A stretch of 64,000 bases of DNA from an uncultured virus (IMG/VR IMGVR_UViG_3300050029_000262). Lineage: Duplodnaviria > Heunggongvirae > Uroviricota > Caudoviricetes. A program made the translations under genes and the position numbers. Below the pieces are notes generated by a model. The model saw only the letters and a list, made by a program, of their open reading frames with translations, did not search any database and had not been told where the DNA came from. Where the stretch lies: IMG/VR virus record IMGVR_UViG_3300050029_000262. One strand, 5' to 3'. Positions within the stretch are counted from its first letter, which is position 1, and each line of letters begins with the position of its first letter. Below are positions 19,503 through 27,607 of the stretch, in pieces.

Positions 19503-19747
19503 AGAATTACTGGAGCTTGCTGAAGCGGTGCATCCGGGGCACTTACGTCTCGGTCGAGCCGTTCCACCTCTTCCGTTACCTTGACGAGGAGGACTTCAGG
19601 TTCAATAATAGGAAAGCCTGCGACGGTCAACGCTTTGCGAAGGTGGCCGGGGCGGTAGCAGGGAAGCGCCTGATGTATAGCGAACTGATAGGTCAGGGAA
19701 CGCCGTTGGACGCCATCAAGGGCGCGGTAAACGCGCCCGGAATATGA
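19442..19747 (+). mobile_element. C-terminal remnant of an IS1595-family (ISXO2-like DDE) transposase
   Basis: In frame HEVINHAERYVDGRVHTNCIENYWSLLKRCIRGTYVSVEPFHLFRYLDEEDFRFNNR...GKRLMYSELI; N-terminal part absent. Confidence 0.85.
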
Positions 19748-20580
19748 TCCATGAGGAGGCGAGTAGCGTGACGACTGCGGCGAGCGTATCGTACATTGGC
19801 TGCGGCCTCTATACGGCTGAGGACACAGCACACATACTTCACCTCCCCACTGGCAATGTCAAGCGCTGGGGAGATGGCTATTGGTACAAGTTGCCCGAAT
19901 CGTCCGGCGTGCGCAAGCCGCAGTGCGACTGGCGGCAGTCTTTGGACGTGCCAGAAGTCCCGGTATGCGTTCCTCCGCGCAAGCGCACGAGTGCCGAGCC
20001 ACGCTTTTCGCCTGGGATAGTTCCCCCCGATCTGCCTCCGATGGGAGGTAGAAGGATCTTCTCGTTCCACGAGTTGATCGAGCTTCGGTTCGTGTCATGG
20101 TGTCGAGAAAATGGCGTATCCATGCCTGTCATTCGCGCGGCGGCACAGGTTGCGGCGGAGTTGTTCCAGGCGACGCATCCGTTCGCGCTGGATACATTTG
20201 CCACTGACGGCCACAATATCTTTGCGTTGATGCGGGAAAAGCGGGCTGACCTGGCACTTGGGAAGAACGTGCTTGCTGTGGAACTGCCGAAGTTCCAACT
20301 GGTCTTCACCAGCATGATCGAACCCTATTTCAAAGACCTCGACTTCGAAGATCACTGGGCGAATCGCTGGTGGCCGCTTGGGAAGGACAGGCGAGTTGTG
20401 TTGGACCCAGCCCGTCGGTTCGGAGAACCGATAGACGGAGAGACCGGGGTTCCGACCAACTCCTTGTATCAAACGTACCTGGCTGAGGATAAGGACATGA
20501 GCCGCGTCGCTTGGTGGTATGATGTTCCAGTTGAGGCCGTGGCCTATGCTGTTGACTACGAGAAGCTACTTGCGTCTTAG
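19744..20580 (+). CDS. HTH + DUF433 antitoxin (VapB45-like)
   Basis: GLYTAEDTAHIL, FSFHELIELRFV, HPFA, VVLDPARRFGEPI..TGVPT..L...VAWWYDVPVEAV..AVDYE. Confidence 0.8.
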   Translation: MIHEEASSVTTAASVSYIGCGLYTAEDTAHILHLPTGNVKRWGDGYWYKLPESSGVRKPQCDWRQSLDVPEVPVCVPPRKRTSAEPRFSPGIVPPDLPPMGGRRIFSFHELIELRFVSWCRENGVSMPVIRAAAQVAAELFQATHPFALDTFATDGHNIFALMREKRADLALGKNVLAVELPKFQLVFTSMIEPYFKDLDFEDHWANRWWPLGKDRRVVLDPARRFGEPIDGETGVPTNSLYQTYLAEDKDMSRVAWWYDVPVEAVAYAVDYEKLLAS

Positions 20581-20588
20581 GTGGGGGA

Positions 20589-20687
20589 ATGACTTTCTAC
20601 TTTGATGAATGTCTCTCTAAACGAATCGCCAAGTTCATCGGTGAACTCGGCGCGAAGGTCGTCTGCACCACGGACATATTACGGTAG
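20589..20687 (+). pseudogene. Truncated PIN-domain toxin (VapC45-like N-terminus, 32 aa)
   Basis: MTFYFDECLSKRIAKFIGELG... directly after the DUF433 gene, then a premature end. Confidence 0.65.
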
Positions 20688-20792
20688 CAGCAACGCCCTG
20701 CCCTGCCAGAAGCAGCACAACTTCATGTGCCTCGCGATGCGCGAGGCCGACCGGGCGCTGGCGGAGTTCAAGGCGCAAGCGGAACCGCCCAC

Positions 20793-21011
20793 ATGAACCG
20801 CCTCCGCCGTTTCCTGAAGGCCCTCTGGGTCGTCCTGTCCTTCCGGCCCGGCTACTCGCAACCCCTCCCGCTGCCGTCGGAACCCCGGCGACTCATCTTC
20901 AACGAACCTCGCCCGGTGGCGGAGTTTGATGTTGACCTGTACATGGATTACCTGGAAGACAAGCACCACGGGGACGGCCCCGACGAACCCCACGACGAGG
21001 ATTGCTTCTAA
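20793..21011 (+). CDS. Hypothetical protein
   Basis: ATGA coupling, 72 aa. Confidence 0.45.
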   Translation: MNRLRRFLKALWVVLSFRPGYSQPLPLPSEPRRLIFNEPRPVAEFDVDLYMDYLEDKHHGDGPDEPHDEDCF

Positions 21012-21018
21012 GCAACTT
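20997..21018 (+). promoter_or_regulatory. Dispersed motif GAGGATYGCTTCTAAG (copy 1)
   Basis: GAGGATTGCTTCTAAGCAACTT; further copies at 32165 (-), 46505 and 63807. Confidence 0.65.
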
Positions 21019-21150
21019 TTCACCCCTGACGGGCTATTCCCCGTCCACGCGAGCAAAGCCGCCCCGTGCCTGCCTATGAGCACCGGGCGGCCCATCTCAG
21101 TCCTTGGCCACGCCAAGGTCAGCCACAACCAAAACGAAAGGTCATTTACC

Positions 21151-21522
21151 ATGAAAAGTCCCGCCGTCCCTGATAGCCTCTTCGGCCCCTGGGCCGATGC
21201 CCGTTGGACCCGTATCCCCTCGCCCGAACCCCCCAACTTTGAAGTCGCCCGCTGGGCTGCCAGCATTGACGGCTGCGAGTGTGTTTTGGTGGCCTACGGC
21301 AACGAGAAGAACCGCAACCTACGAGTAACCGTCCAGGGCGTGAACGTCCGCGACGTTGCCCGGCTGACCCAGGCCCTCTACGCTGCGTACTTCGCCGAGA
21401 AGGGCCGGGGTGGTGCGGTGGCGCAGCGGCAGACCAGGCTCCCCCTCGGCGCGCCCGGCCCGGCGGCGAGGGCACCCCGGCCCGCGGTGGGGCACTACCG
21501 TGAGGGCGGCGGCCGCCGATGA
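21151..21522 (+). CDS. Hypothetical protein
   Basis: GAAAGG RBS before ATG 21151. Confidence 0.5.
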   Translation: MKSPAVPDSLFGPWADARWTRIPSPEPPNFEVARWAASIDGCECVLVAYGNEKNRNLRVTVQGVNVRDVARLTQALYAAYFAEKGRGGAVAQRQTRLPLGAPGPAARAPRPAVGHYREGGGRR

Positions 21523-21743
21523 GCACCCCCATGACCCCGCGACAGAAGGCCTGGATTGACGGCGCGTCCTACGAAAGCCTGCTGTCAAAGTGGCGCAACG
21601 CGCCGTCTGGCGACCCATTCTTCGAGGGCGCGACATATGACTACTACTCGACCGTGATGGCGGTGAAACGCAACGCGCCGGGCGGGGACGCCGCGCACGT
21701 TGCCGCCAGCAAGTCCATCGGCTGGAAAGGTGACCGACTATGA
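21519..21743 (+). CDS. Hypothetical protein
   Basis: ATGA coupling; WIDGASYESLLSKWRNAPSGDPFF. Confidence 0.6.
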   Translation: MSTPMTPRQKAWIDGASYESLLSKWRNAPSGDPFFEGATYDYYSTVMAVKRNAPGGDAAHVAASKSIGWKGDRL

Positions 21744-21928
21744 TCTGCCCCCTCCGTCACACCGAAACAACCAACCCTACGACCGGGCGTCCATTCCAGG
21801 CGGACAAGGAGTGCGCCAAGCATGAGTGCGCCTGGTGGGATGAGGTGCGCGGCTGTTGTGCCGTGCTGGGCATTTCCGCCGAAATTGACAGCCTGAAAGA
21901 ATTGCTGCGGCGGCAGCCCGGCCGCTGA
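21740..21928 (+). CDS. Small Cys-rich hypothetical protein
   Basis: MICPL...ECAKHECAWW...CCAV. Confidence 0.6.
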   Translation: MICPLRHTETTNPTTGRPFQADKECAKHECAWWDEVRGCCAVLGISAEIDSLKELLRRQPGR

Positions 21929-22223
21929 AAGGAAATGACGAAAACCATGATAGTTCGCGACCAAAGCAATCCCAAGACGGAGTACAAGGGCCGCCCCTTC
22001 GAGGCCCGCGACGAACTCCTGATGCCCAACATCCCCGCTACTGGAGTGTCTGCGAGACCTGTGCCGCGAACAAGTGCCCGACCTGCCAAGGGACGGGGAG
22101 GCGGCCGGCGGAGCCGCCGTCATTGGAGGCGCAACTGACGCACTTGGAAGAAGTTTATGAGGCCGCGCAGTAGAAACGGCGCAATGACATCCCCGGCGCA
22201 GACCGGGAAGGGAGAAAGCTGAG

Positions 22224-22673
22224 ATGTTGAAACTCTGTTGGAGCAAACGGAGAAGCAAGTTCGCAGTCGTGTCGGATGAGCAACGTGACGAGGACGTGAT
22301 GATCGAGGGCGGCCTACTTTGCGCCCCCGAGGCGTTTGAGCGCATCCGTTCCGCAGTGAAGCGCGGCCCCGTGACCGTGCGCGATCTCGTTGAGAGCGGG
22401 ATGACAGTCAGTCTGTTGCCAGCCGACCCGGCAGTGGAGGCGCGGGCCACGCTGGAGCAGGCGCGGGTGGACGGGGTGATTATCGGCTATGACTACTACA
22501 GCCCGAAGGCCTGGGTTTCGCAGGATGGCAATATCAAGCACGGCATCATCGTCTACTGCGCGACTGACATTCCACACCTGTTTGACGGGAATGGACTCTC
22601 CTACGTGGAAGATAGGGCGGTTGAGTACGTCGAGAAGCTGCGGGCCGAGCAGGAAAGACGCCCCGCGCAGTAG
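22224..22673 (+). CDS. Hypothetical protein
   Basis: ORF filling the gap before the promoter; start uncertain. Confidence 0.45.
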   Translation: MLKLCWSKRRSKFAVVSDEQRDEDVMIEGGLLCAPEAFERIRSAVKRGPVTVRDLVESGMTVSLLPADPAVEARATLEQARVDGVIIGYDYYSPKAWVSQDGNIKHGIIVYCATDIPHLFDGNGLSYVEDRAVEYVEKLRAEQERRPAQ

Positions 22674-22679
22674 AAATGC

Positions 22680-22699
22680 CTATAGCAATAGGTTATAAT
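22680..22699 (+). promoter_or_regulatory. Promoter motif CTATAG-N7-YTATAAT (copy 2; replication operon)
   Basis: CTATAG CAATAGG TTATAAT. Confidence 0.7.
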
Positions 22700-22747
22700 A
22701 GAGGACCGGCCAGGAAGGCCGCACCCCTCTTTCAGAAGGAGAAATCA

Positions 22748-23029
22748 ATGGTAAACTCACCCCAGTATCACAGCATCGAGAAGCGGTTCGGGCGGCCCAT
22801 GCGGGACGTGCTGGTTACGCTTCTGTCGCACTACCAGCGGGAGCGCGTGGCGGTCATGTTGGGCATCAACCCCAACACCCTCGACCGCTACTTGTCCGCC
22901 AACAGCCTGCGGTCAGAGCCGCTGCGGGCCAACGTCGTCAAGGTCATCCAGACGGGCGCGCCGGCCACGCCCGCCCCGGCCTCCGCGGCCAAGGCCATCC
23001 TGGCCAAGGCAACCGCGGTGGCCCCGTGA
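22748..23029 (+). CDS. Small HTH DNA-binding protein
   Basis: AAGGAG RBS; RERVAVMLGINPNTLDRYL HTH-like segment. Confidence 0.6.
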   Translation: MVNSPQYHSIEKRFGRPMRDVLVTLLSHYQRERVAVMLGINPNTLDRYLSANSLRSEPLRANVVKVIQTGAPATPAPASAAKAILAKATAVAP

Positions 23030-25809
23030 GCACCGTCACCTACGGCGTGAATCGCACCGGCCCCCTGCCCTGCGTCTGGCTGCGGTGCGACTACGGCGCC
23101 CGCGACCGGGCCAAGGCCGTGCCCGGCTACCGCTGGCATGACCAGGAGCATTTCTGGTACTGGCCGCTGACCCGGCAGGGTGACGAGACCGTCATCCTGA
23201 AGGCGCTGCTGGCGGCCTTCCCGGAGGCGGTGCTGGGCGCGGCGGCGAGCCTGCCGCGTTCCGCGCCCACGCCCCTCCCGGAGTGCGGTCCGTCCCTGGG
23301 CGACCTGGTGTCCGGTGCGAACACAATCTACCCTTGGCGGCGCACGCCCTACCTCCATCAGAAGGAAGTCGTGACGGCCTCTGTGCTGCGGCACCGTCTG
23401 CTGGTGCTATACGAAATGGGTTTGGGCAAAACACAAGCAGCCATTGAGGCGGCCTGCCTGGCGCTGGAGGCGGGCATCGTGGCGCGCGTCTACATCATAT
23501 GCCCGGCGACCGTCCGACAAGTCTGGCGAGATGAGATCAATGCCTGCGCCTGGATTGCCCCGGACGATGTCGCGATAGTACGCGGCAACCCGCCAGCAAC
23601 GAATCCCGACCGGGCACCCGGTCTATCCGACCCGCAGTACCGCAGGCGGATGCTGGAGCGCCGGGCGGCCTGGACCATTATGGGTTACGAGGCGGCGACC
23701 ATCGAGGTAGACCTGCTGAACACGCTGACCAAAGGGCAGCACCTCATCGTGGATGAGGCGCATTATTGCGTGCCCGGTGACACACTGATTGATACACCGG
23801 ACGGTCCCCGTTCCATTCCCTACCTGCGAGATGGTAACACAGTTTGGGGTTGGGATGATGCAACCCAAACACTGGTGCCCGCTGAGGTCACGGCAACAAT
23901 GAAGCACTCATCGGAGGAGGCACTTTGCGAGTTAGGGGCACTGCAGTTGACGGGAAATCATCCCGTCTGGACGGCCAACCGCGGCTATGTGCCTGCCGCC
24001 GAATTGGAGGCTGGTGATGTTCTGTCTTACCTGCGAGGAGTGCGGAACGAGATTCCAAGTGAAGCATCAGCACGATGCGATGGGTCCAAAGCGCAGACGA
24101 TTCTGCAACAAAAGTTGCTCGGCCAAGTGGAGGATGCGCCAGCCGGAATATCGGCGGACACGCGAGAAATGGACACCGGCGCAAATAGCGACAGCGCGGA
24201 AAACTATTCTGTCAGTTCGACAGCGGCCGGAGGTCGTGAGTGCGCTGGAAAAACACCTGCATTCGGACAGCAATGCTTTTCGGTCTCGCCAGCCGGAGTT
24301 GCAAAAAAAAGTCCATGCGAAGTTAGCGGCGCAGGACTACTCTCACCTCAACGGGGGCAACGGCAGGCCTCTTCCGAAAGCTCACGCATTGCTGGCGGAG
24401 AAGTTGTCATGGCCGACGGAGTTCCCGGTGAATACTGGACAGTCGAGCAGTTCCGGCTATCCGACGTGCTACAAGTTGGACCTGGCAAACCCGCATCTGA
24501 TGCTGGGCATAGAGGTGGACGGAGTGGGGCATTTGGCGAAGGACCGGGCGGCACTGGACGTGAAGAAGGACAACTTCCTGAAGACACTCGGATGGACTGT
24601 ATTGTGCTTCACGAACAGGGAAGTGCTGGAGCAGACGGAGAATGTACTGGCGGCCATCAGCGCTCACTCTTCAACATTGAGACTACCACCGGAAACTACT
24701 TCGCCAATGGGGTATTAGTTCACAACTGCAAAAACCCACGTGCCAAGCGCACCAAGGCCGTGTTCGGCTTCAAGCCGGCGCGTGCCATCATCCAGACCGG
24801 CACGCCTGTCGTCAACACCCCCTCCGACGCCTACTGCATGGCGACCTTCTGCGAGCCCGGCCTGCTGGGCAAGAGCATCTTCGACTTCCGTGACCGCTTC
24901 GTGGTCATCAAGCAGATCCGCGCGGGCGGCCGGGCCTTCGACAAGGAGGTGGGCTACAAGGACATCGCGGAGGCCAGCCGTCGTCTGCTGTCGGTGGGCC
25001 TGCGGAAACTGAAGCGCGACTGTCTGGACCTGCCGCCGAAGGTACGCACCCGGCGCTACTGCGAGATGAGTGCCGCGCAGTACGAGGCCTACGCGGCCAT
25101 GTTGGGACTGGTCGGTGACCAGCTACGGCAACTCCAGGATGAACACCCCGGCCACCTCCCGATGCCCGCCGTGCTGTCGCAACTGGTGCGGCTTCAGCAG
25201 GTGGCGGACGGCTTCTACCCAGACCCCGACCACCCGGAACGCGACATCTGGATACCGGACGCCTGCAAGTTCGAGGCGGCGGACGAACTGCTGGAGGAGG
25301 CCATCGAGAACGGGCGCAAGGTCGTGGTCTGGACACGGTTCGTCGCCCTGGCGCGGAAGGTGGCGGAGCGGTACTCTAAGCATGGCGCGGAGTATCTGGC
25401 GGGGGAGGTCCCCACCGACACGCGCAACGCGCATATCGCGGCCTTCACGCACGACCGGACGCACAAGGTGCTGGTGTTGACGATGGGCGTGGGCGGCCTG
25501 GGCCTCAACCTGCAAGCCGCCGACTGTGAGATTTTCATTGACCGTTGGTGGTCGCCCGCCCTCAACTTTCAGTGCGAGGACAGGTGCCACCGGAGCGGCC
25601 AGCGCAATGAGGTGGACGTGCATATCCTGCTGGCGGAGGGGACGATTGATGAGCACGTCAACAACATCCTCAAGCGCAAGGAGAAGATTGCGGACAGCAT
25701 GACCGGGGACGCGGCGGACCCGCTGGCAGCCCCGGCGGAGCCGGAAGGAGGTTTGTTCGACACGGCCCTACTCAACGCCATTATTGGCGGCGACCTGTTC
25801 AAGAGATGA
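23026..25809 (+). CDS. SNF2-family helicase (HARP-like N-terminus) interrupted by an intein
   Basis: EMGLGKT (motif I), IVDEAH (II), TGTP (III), GLGLNLQAAD, WWSP..NFQCEDRCHRSGQ (VI). Confidence 0.9.
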   Translation: MSTVTYGVNRTGPLPCVWLRCDYGARDRAKAVPGYRWHDQEHFWYWPLTRQGDETVILKALLAAFPEAVLGAAASLPRSAPTPLPECGPSLGDLVSGANTIYPWRRTPYLHQKEVVTASVLRHRLLVLYEMGLGKTQAAIEAACLALEAGIVARVYIICPATVRQVWRDEINACAWIAPDDVAIVRGNPPATNPDRAPGLSDPQYRRRMLERRAAWTIMGYEAATIEVDLLNTLTKGQHLIVDEAHYCVPGDTLIDTPDGPRSIPYLRDGNTVWGWDDATQTLVPAEVTATMKHSSEEALCELGALQLTGNHPVWTANRGYVPAAELEAGDVLSYLRGVRNEIPSEASARCDGSKAQTILQQKLLGQVEDAPAGISADTREMDTGANSDSAENYSVSSTAAGGRECAGKTPAFGQQCFSVSPAGVAKKSPCEVSGAGLLSPQRGQRQASSESSRIAGGEVVMADGVPGEYWTVEQFRLSDVLQVGPGKPASDAGHRGGRSGAFGEGPGGTGREEGQLPEDTRMDCIVLHEQGSAGADGECTGGHQRSLFNIETTTGNYFANGVLVHNCKNPRAKRTKAVFGFKPARAIIQTGTPVVNTPSDAYCMATFCEPGLLGKSIFDFRDRFVVIKQIRAGGRAFDKEVGYKDIAEASRRLLSVGLRKLKRDCLDLPPKVRTRRYCEMSAAQYEAYAAMLGLVGDQLRQLQDEHPGHLPMPAVLSQLVRLQQVADGFYPDPDHPERDIWIPDACKFEAADELLEEAIENGRKVVVWTRFVALARKVAERYSKHGAEYLAGEVPTDTRNAHIAAFTHDRTHKVLVLTMGVGGLGLNLQAADCEIFIDRWWSPALNFQCEDRCHRSGQRNEVDVHILLAEGTIDEHVNNILKRKEKIADSMTGDAADPLAAPAEPEGGLFDTALLNAIIGGDLFKR
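23767..24726 (+). mobile_element. Intein, 320 aa, inserted right after DEAH-Y
   Basis: Block A CVPGDTLI, block B LTGNHPVWT, blocks F/G FNIETTTGNYFANGVLVHN followed by Cys+1. Confidence 0.9.
24017..24718 (+). CDS. Nested +1-frame gene inside the intein: zinc finger + DUF559/Vsr-like PD-(D/E)xK endonuclease
   Basis: GGAGG at 24006-24010, ATG at 24017; CEECG..RRFCNKSC; YKLDLANPHLMLGIEVDGVGH...KKDNFLKTLGWTVLCFTNREV. Confidence 0.8.
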   Translation: MFCLTCEECGTRFQVKHQHDAMGPKRRRFCNKSCSAKWRMRQPEYRRTREKWTPAQIATARKTILSVRQRPEVVSALEKHLHSDSNAFRSRQPELQKKVHAKLAAQDYSHLNGGNGRPLPKAHALLAEKLSWPTEFPVNTGQSSSSGYPTCYKLDLANPHLMLGIEVDGVGHLAKDRAALDVKKDNFLKTLGWTVLCFTNREVLEQTENVLAAISAHSSTLRLPPETTSPMGY

Positions 25810-25819
25810 GGCAAGAGAC

Positions 25820-26467
25820 ATGAGTGATAGCACCCCTGGAGTGCCCTCCGAGGCACCGGGAAGTGAAGATTGCCGGGATGATCTGCTCGGCCCGGTGGAT
25901 TTGGAAGACTTCAACGAACGGCTCCGTGACCTGACGGAGATTCTGCATGACGCCTTCGTGAACATTGCTGCACTGGCAGGAACGGCGGTCCGGCTGTCCG
26001 TGGACGCCAACCCCGCCGCCATCGCCAACGACGAGTACGTGGCCTGGTTCCTGACCAAGGGCCTGACCGACCACGTGGCGGAAAGCGGTGACCTGTCCTT
26101 GGCCTGCGGCGTCCTGAAGGAACTGGTGCAGACGCACCTCTGGAACCGCATGGAGGAGGTCGGCGTGCCTGCCCGGAAGTATCCCGAACTGGGCGTGCAG
26201 TTCATCCAGACGCACGCCGTCTACCCCAGTCTCAACCGCAAGGCGGCAGAGGAGGCCGGGCTGACTGAGGACCAGGCCAAGGACCTTGTGATGGCCTTCC
26301 TGCGCGACGACGTGCAGGCCCCGGAACTCATCGACACCGACCCGCGCATCAACTGGGTGCGGATGCGCGGCAAGGAGTTCCTGCTAAAGTGGCTGGCGGA
26401 GGGCTACATCCTGCCGGACGTCATCAACGCCGTCCCCAAGCCGACCGTGTCCATGCGCAAGCTGTAA
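25820..26467 (+). CDS. Hypothetical replication-region protein
   Basis: Between the helicase and the SSB-like gene; GAGG RBS. Confidence 0.6.
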   Translation: MSDSTPGVPSEAPGSEDCRDDLLGPVDLEDFNERLRDLTEILHDAFVNIAALAGTAVRLSVDANPAAIANDEYVAWFLTKGLTDHVAESGDLSLACGVLKELVQTHLWNRMEEVGVPARKYPELGVQFIQTHAVYPSLNRKAAEEAGLTEDQAKDLVMAFLRDDVQAPELIDTDPRINWVRMRGKEFLLKWLAEGYILPDVINAVPKPTVSMRKL

Positions 26468-26518
26468 CGGGTCCTGTTCAGGCCCCGACGACCATACCGA
26501 AAGGCAGTGTTACAGACC

Positions 26519-27517
26519 ATGAGCAAACTGATTGATGACGAAAAGACGGACCTGGCGAAGGTGGAGGCCCCGCTGCTGGGGTCGCTGGTGGCCGCGGGCG
26601 CGGGTGCCCCGGTGGCGGAGGTGCTGCGCGATGGCGACGGCCGCGCGGTGGGCGTGGAGATCGAGACAAACAAGCTGGAGGTGCCCCGCCTGGCACTGGT
26701 CCAGAAGCAGTCCCGCGTGACCGACGAGAACCTGGCACAGCCGGGGCAGTTGCTCTCCACGCTGCTGATGGAGTCGCTGTGGCCGTTGCCGCAGCACCAG
26801 TTCCCCAAGGGCAGTGACCTGCCGGACGGCCTGTTGCCCTTCGCGGTGCCCGGCGCCGACCCGCCGACCGTTGCCCTGCCCTTCCTGCCCCTGCGGGCCT
26901 TCGTGGACCAGGTGATGTTCAATGACAAGTTCTCGCTGGTCTGCCGGAGCCTGCCCGGCGGCCTGCGCACCGTCCAGGGGTTCCGTTCCCCGGCCTGGCA
27001 GGAGGGTGACGCCTGGGACCCGACCCTGTGCAGCAACTGCCCCCTGAAGGACTGGGGGCCGAACAGCGAAAAGCCGGAGTGCGGCCTGACCTACAACATC
27101 ATCGGGTTCGCCTTGGACATTGCCGCCTCCGACGTGGAGGGCATGTTGGGGATGCCGATGGCCGTGACCTTCGCCAACTCGTCCGCCAAGACCGGGCGCA
27201 CCATGGCCACCAACATGAAGATGTCCGGGAAGAACCCCTGGGCCTACATCTGGCTGCTGTGGAACACGATGGAGAAGAACGACATGGGGTCCTTCTACGT
27301 GTGGCGCGCGCAGCGGGCGAAGCAGCCCGGCACGGCCAAGGCCCTGCCGACCCCGCCGGAACTCTACGAGTACGCTGCGGCCATGTTCGCCAACCTGGTT
27401 GACCGTCCGCTGGACATCGACCGTGAGACCGCCGCGGACGCGGCCCACGAGGTGCCCGCGGAGGGTGCCGTGGGCACCGAGGGCGCCGTCTGGGATGACG
27501 AAGGCCCGCAAGCCTAG
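26519..27517 (+). CDS. Putative phage ssDNA-binding/recombination protein
   Basis: LEVPRLALVQKQS, Cys cluster (CRS..CSNCP..KPEC), acidic aromatic C-tail WDDEGPQA. Confidence 0.55.
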   Translation: MSKLIDDEKTDLAKVEAPLLGSLVAAGAGAPVAEVLRDGDGRAVGVEIETNKLEVPRLALVQKQSRVTDENLAQPGQLLSTLLMESLWPLPQHQFPKGSDLPDGLLPFAVPGADPPTVALPFLPLRAFVDQVMFNDKFSLVCRSLPGGLRTVQGFRSPAWQEGDAWDPTLCSNCPLKDWGPNSEKPECGLTYNIIGFALDIAASDVEGMLGMPMAVTFANSSAKTGRTMATNMKMSGKNPWAYIWLLWNTMEKNDMGSFYVWRAQRAKQPGTAKALPTPPELYEYAAAMFANLVDRPLDIDRETAADAAHEVPAEGAVGTEGAVWDDEGPQA

Positions 27518-27542
27518 CCTCCCGCCTGTCATAGTAAAACGA

Positions 27543-27573
27543 AAGCAGGGGCCGGACACCCCGGCCCCTGCTT
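27543..27573. terminator. 13-bp perfect hairpin between the SSB-like and primase genes
   Basis: AAGCAGGGGCCGG-ACACC-CCGGCCCCTGCTT; only a short T tail. Confidence 0.45.
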
Positions 27574-27607
27574 CGTCCGGGTTTCAAACACAGGCAGGAG
27601 GAGTTGC

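Noticed and set aside
19442..20690. Intact active IS1595 element
   Set aside because: Most of the transposase, terminal inverted repeats and target duplication are missing
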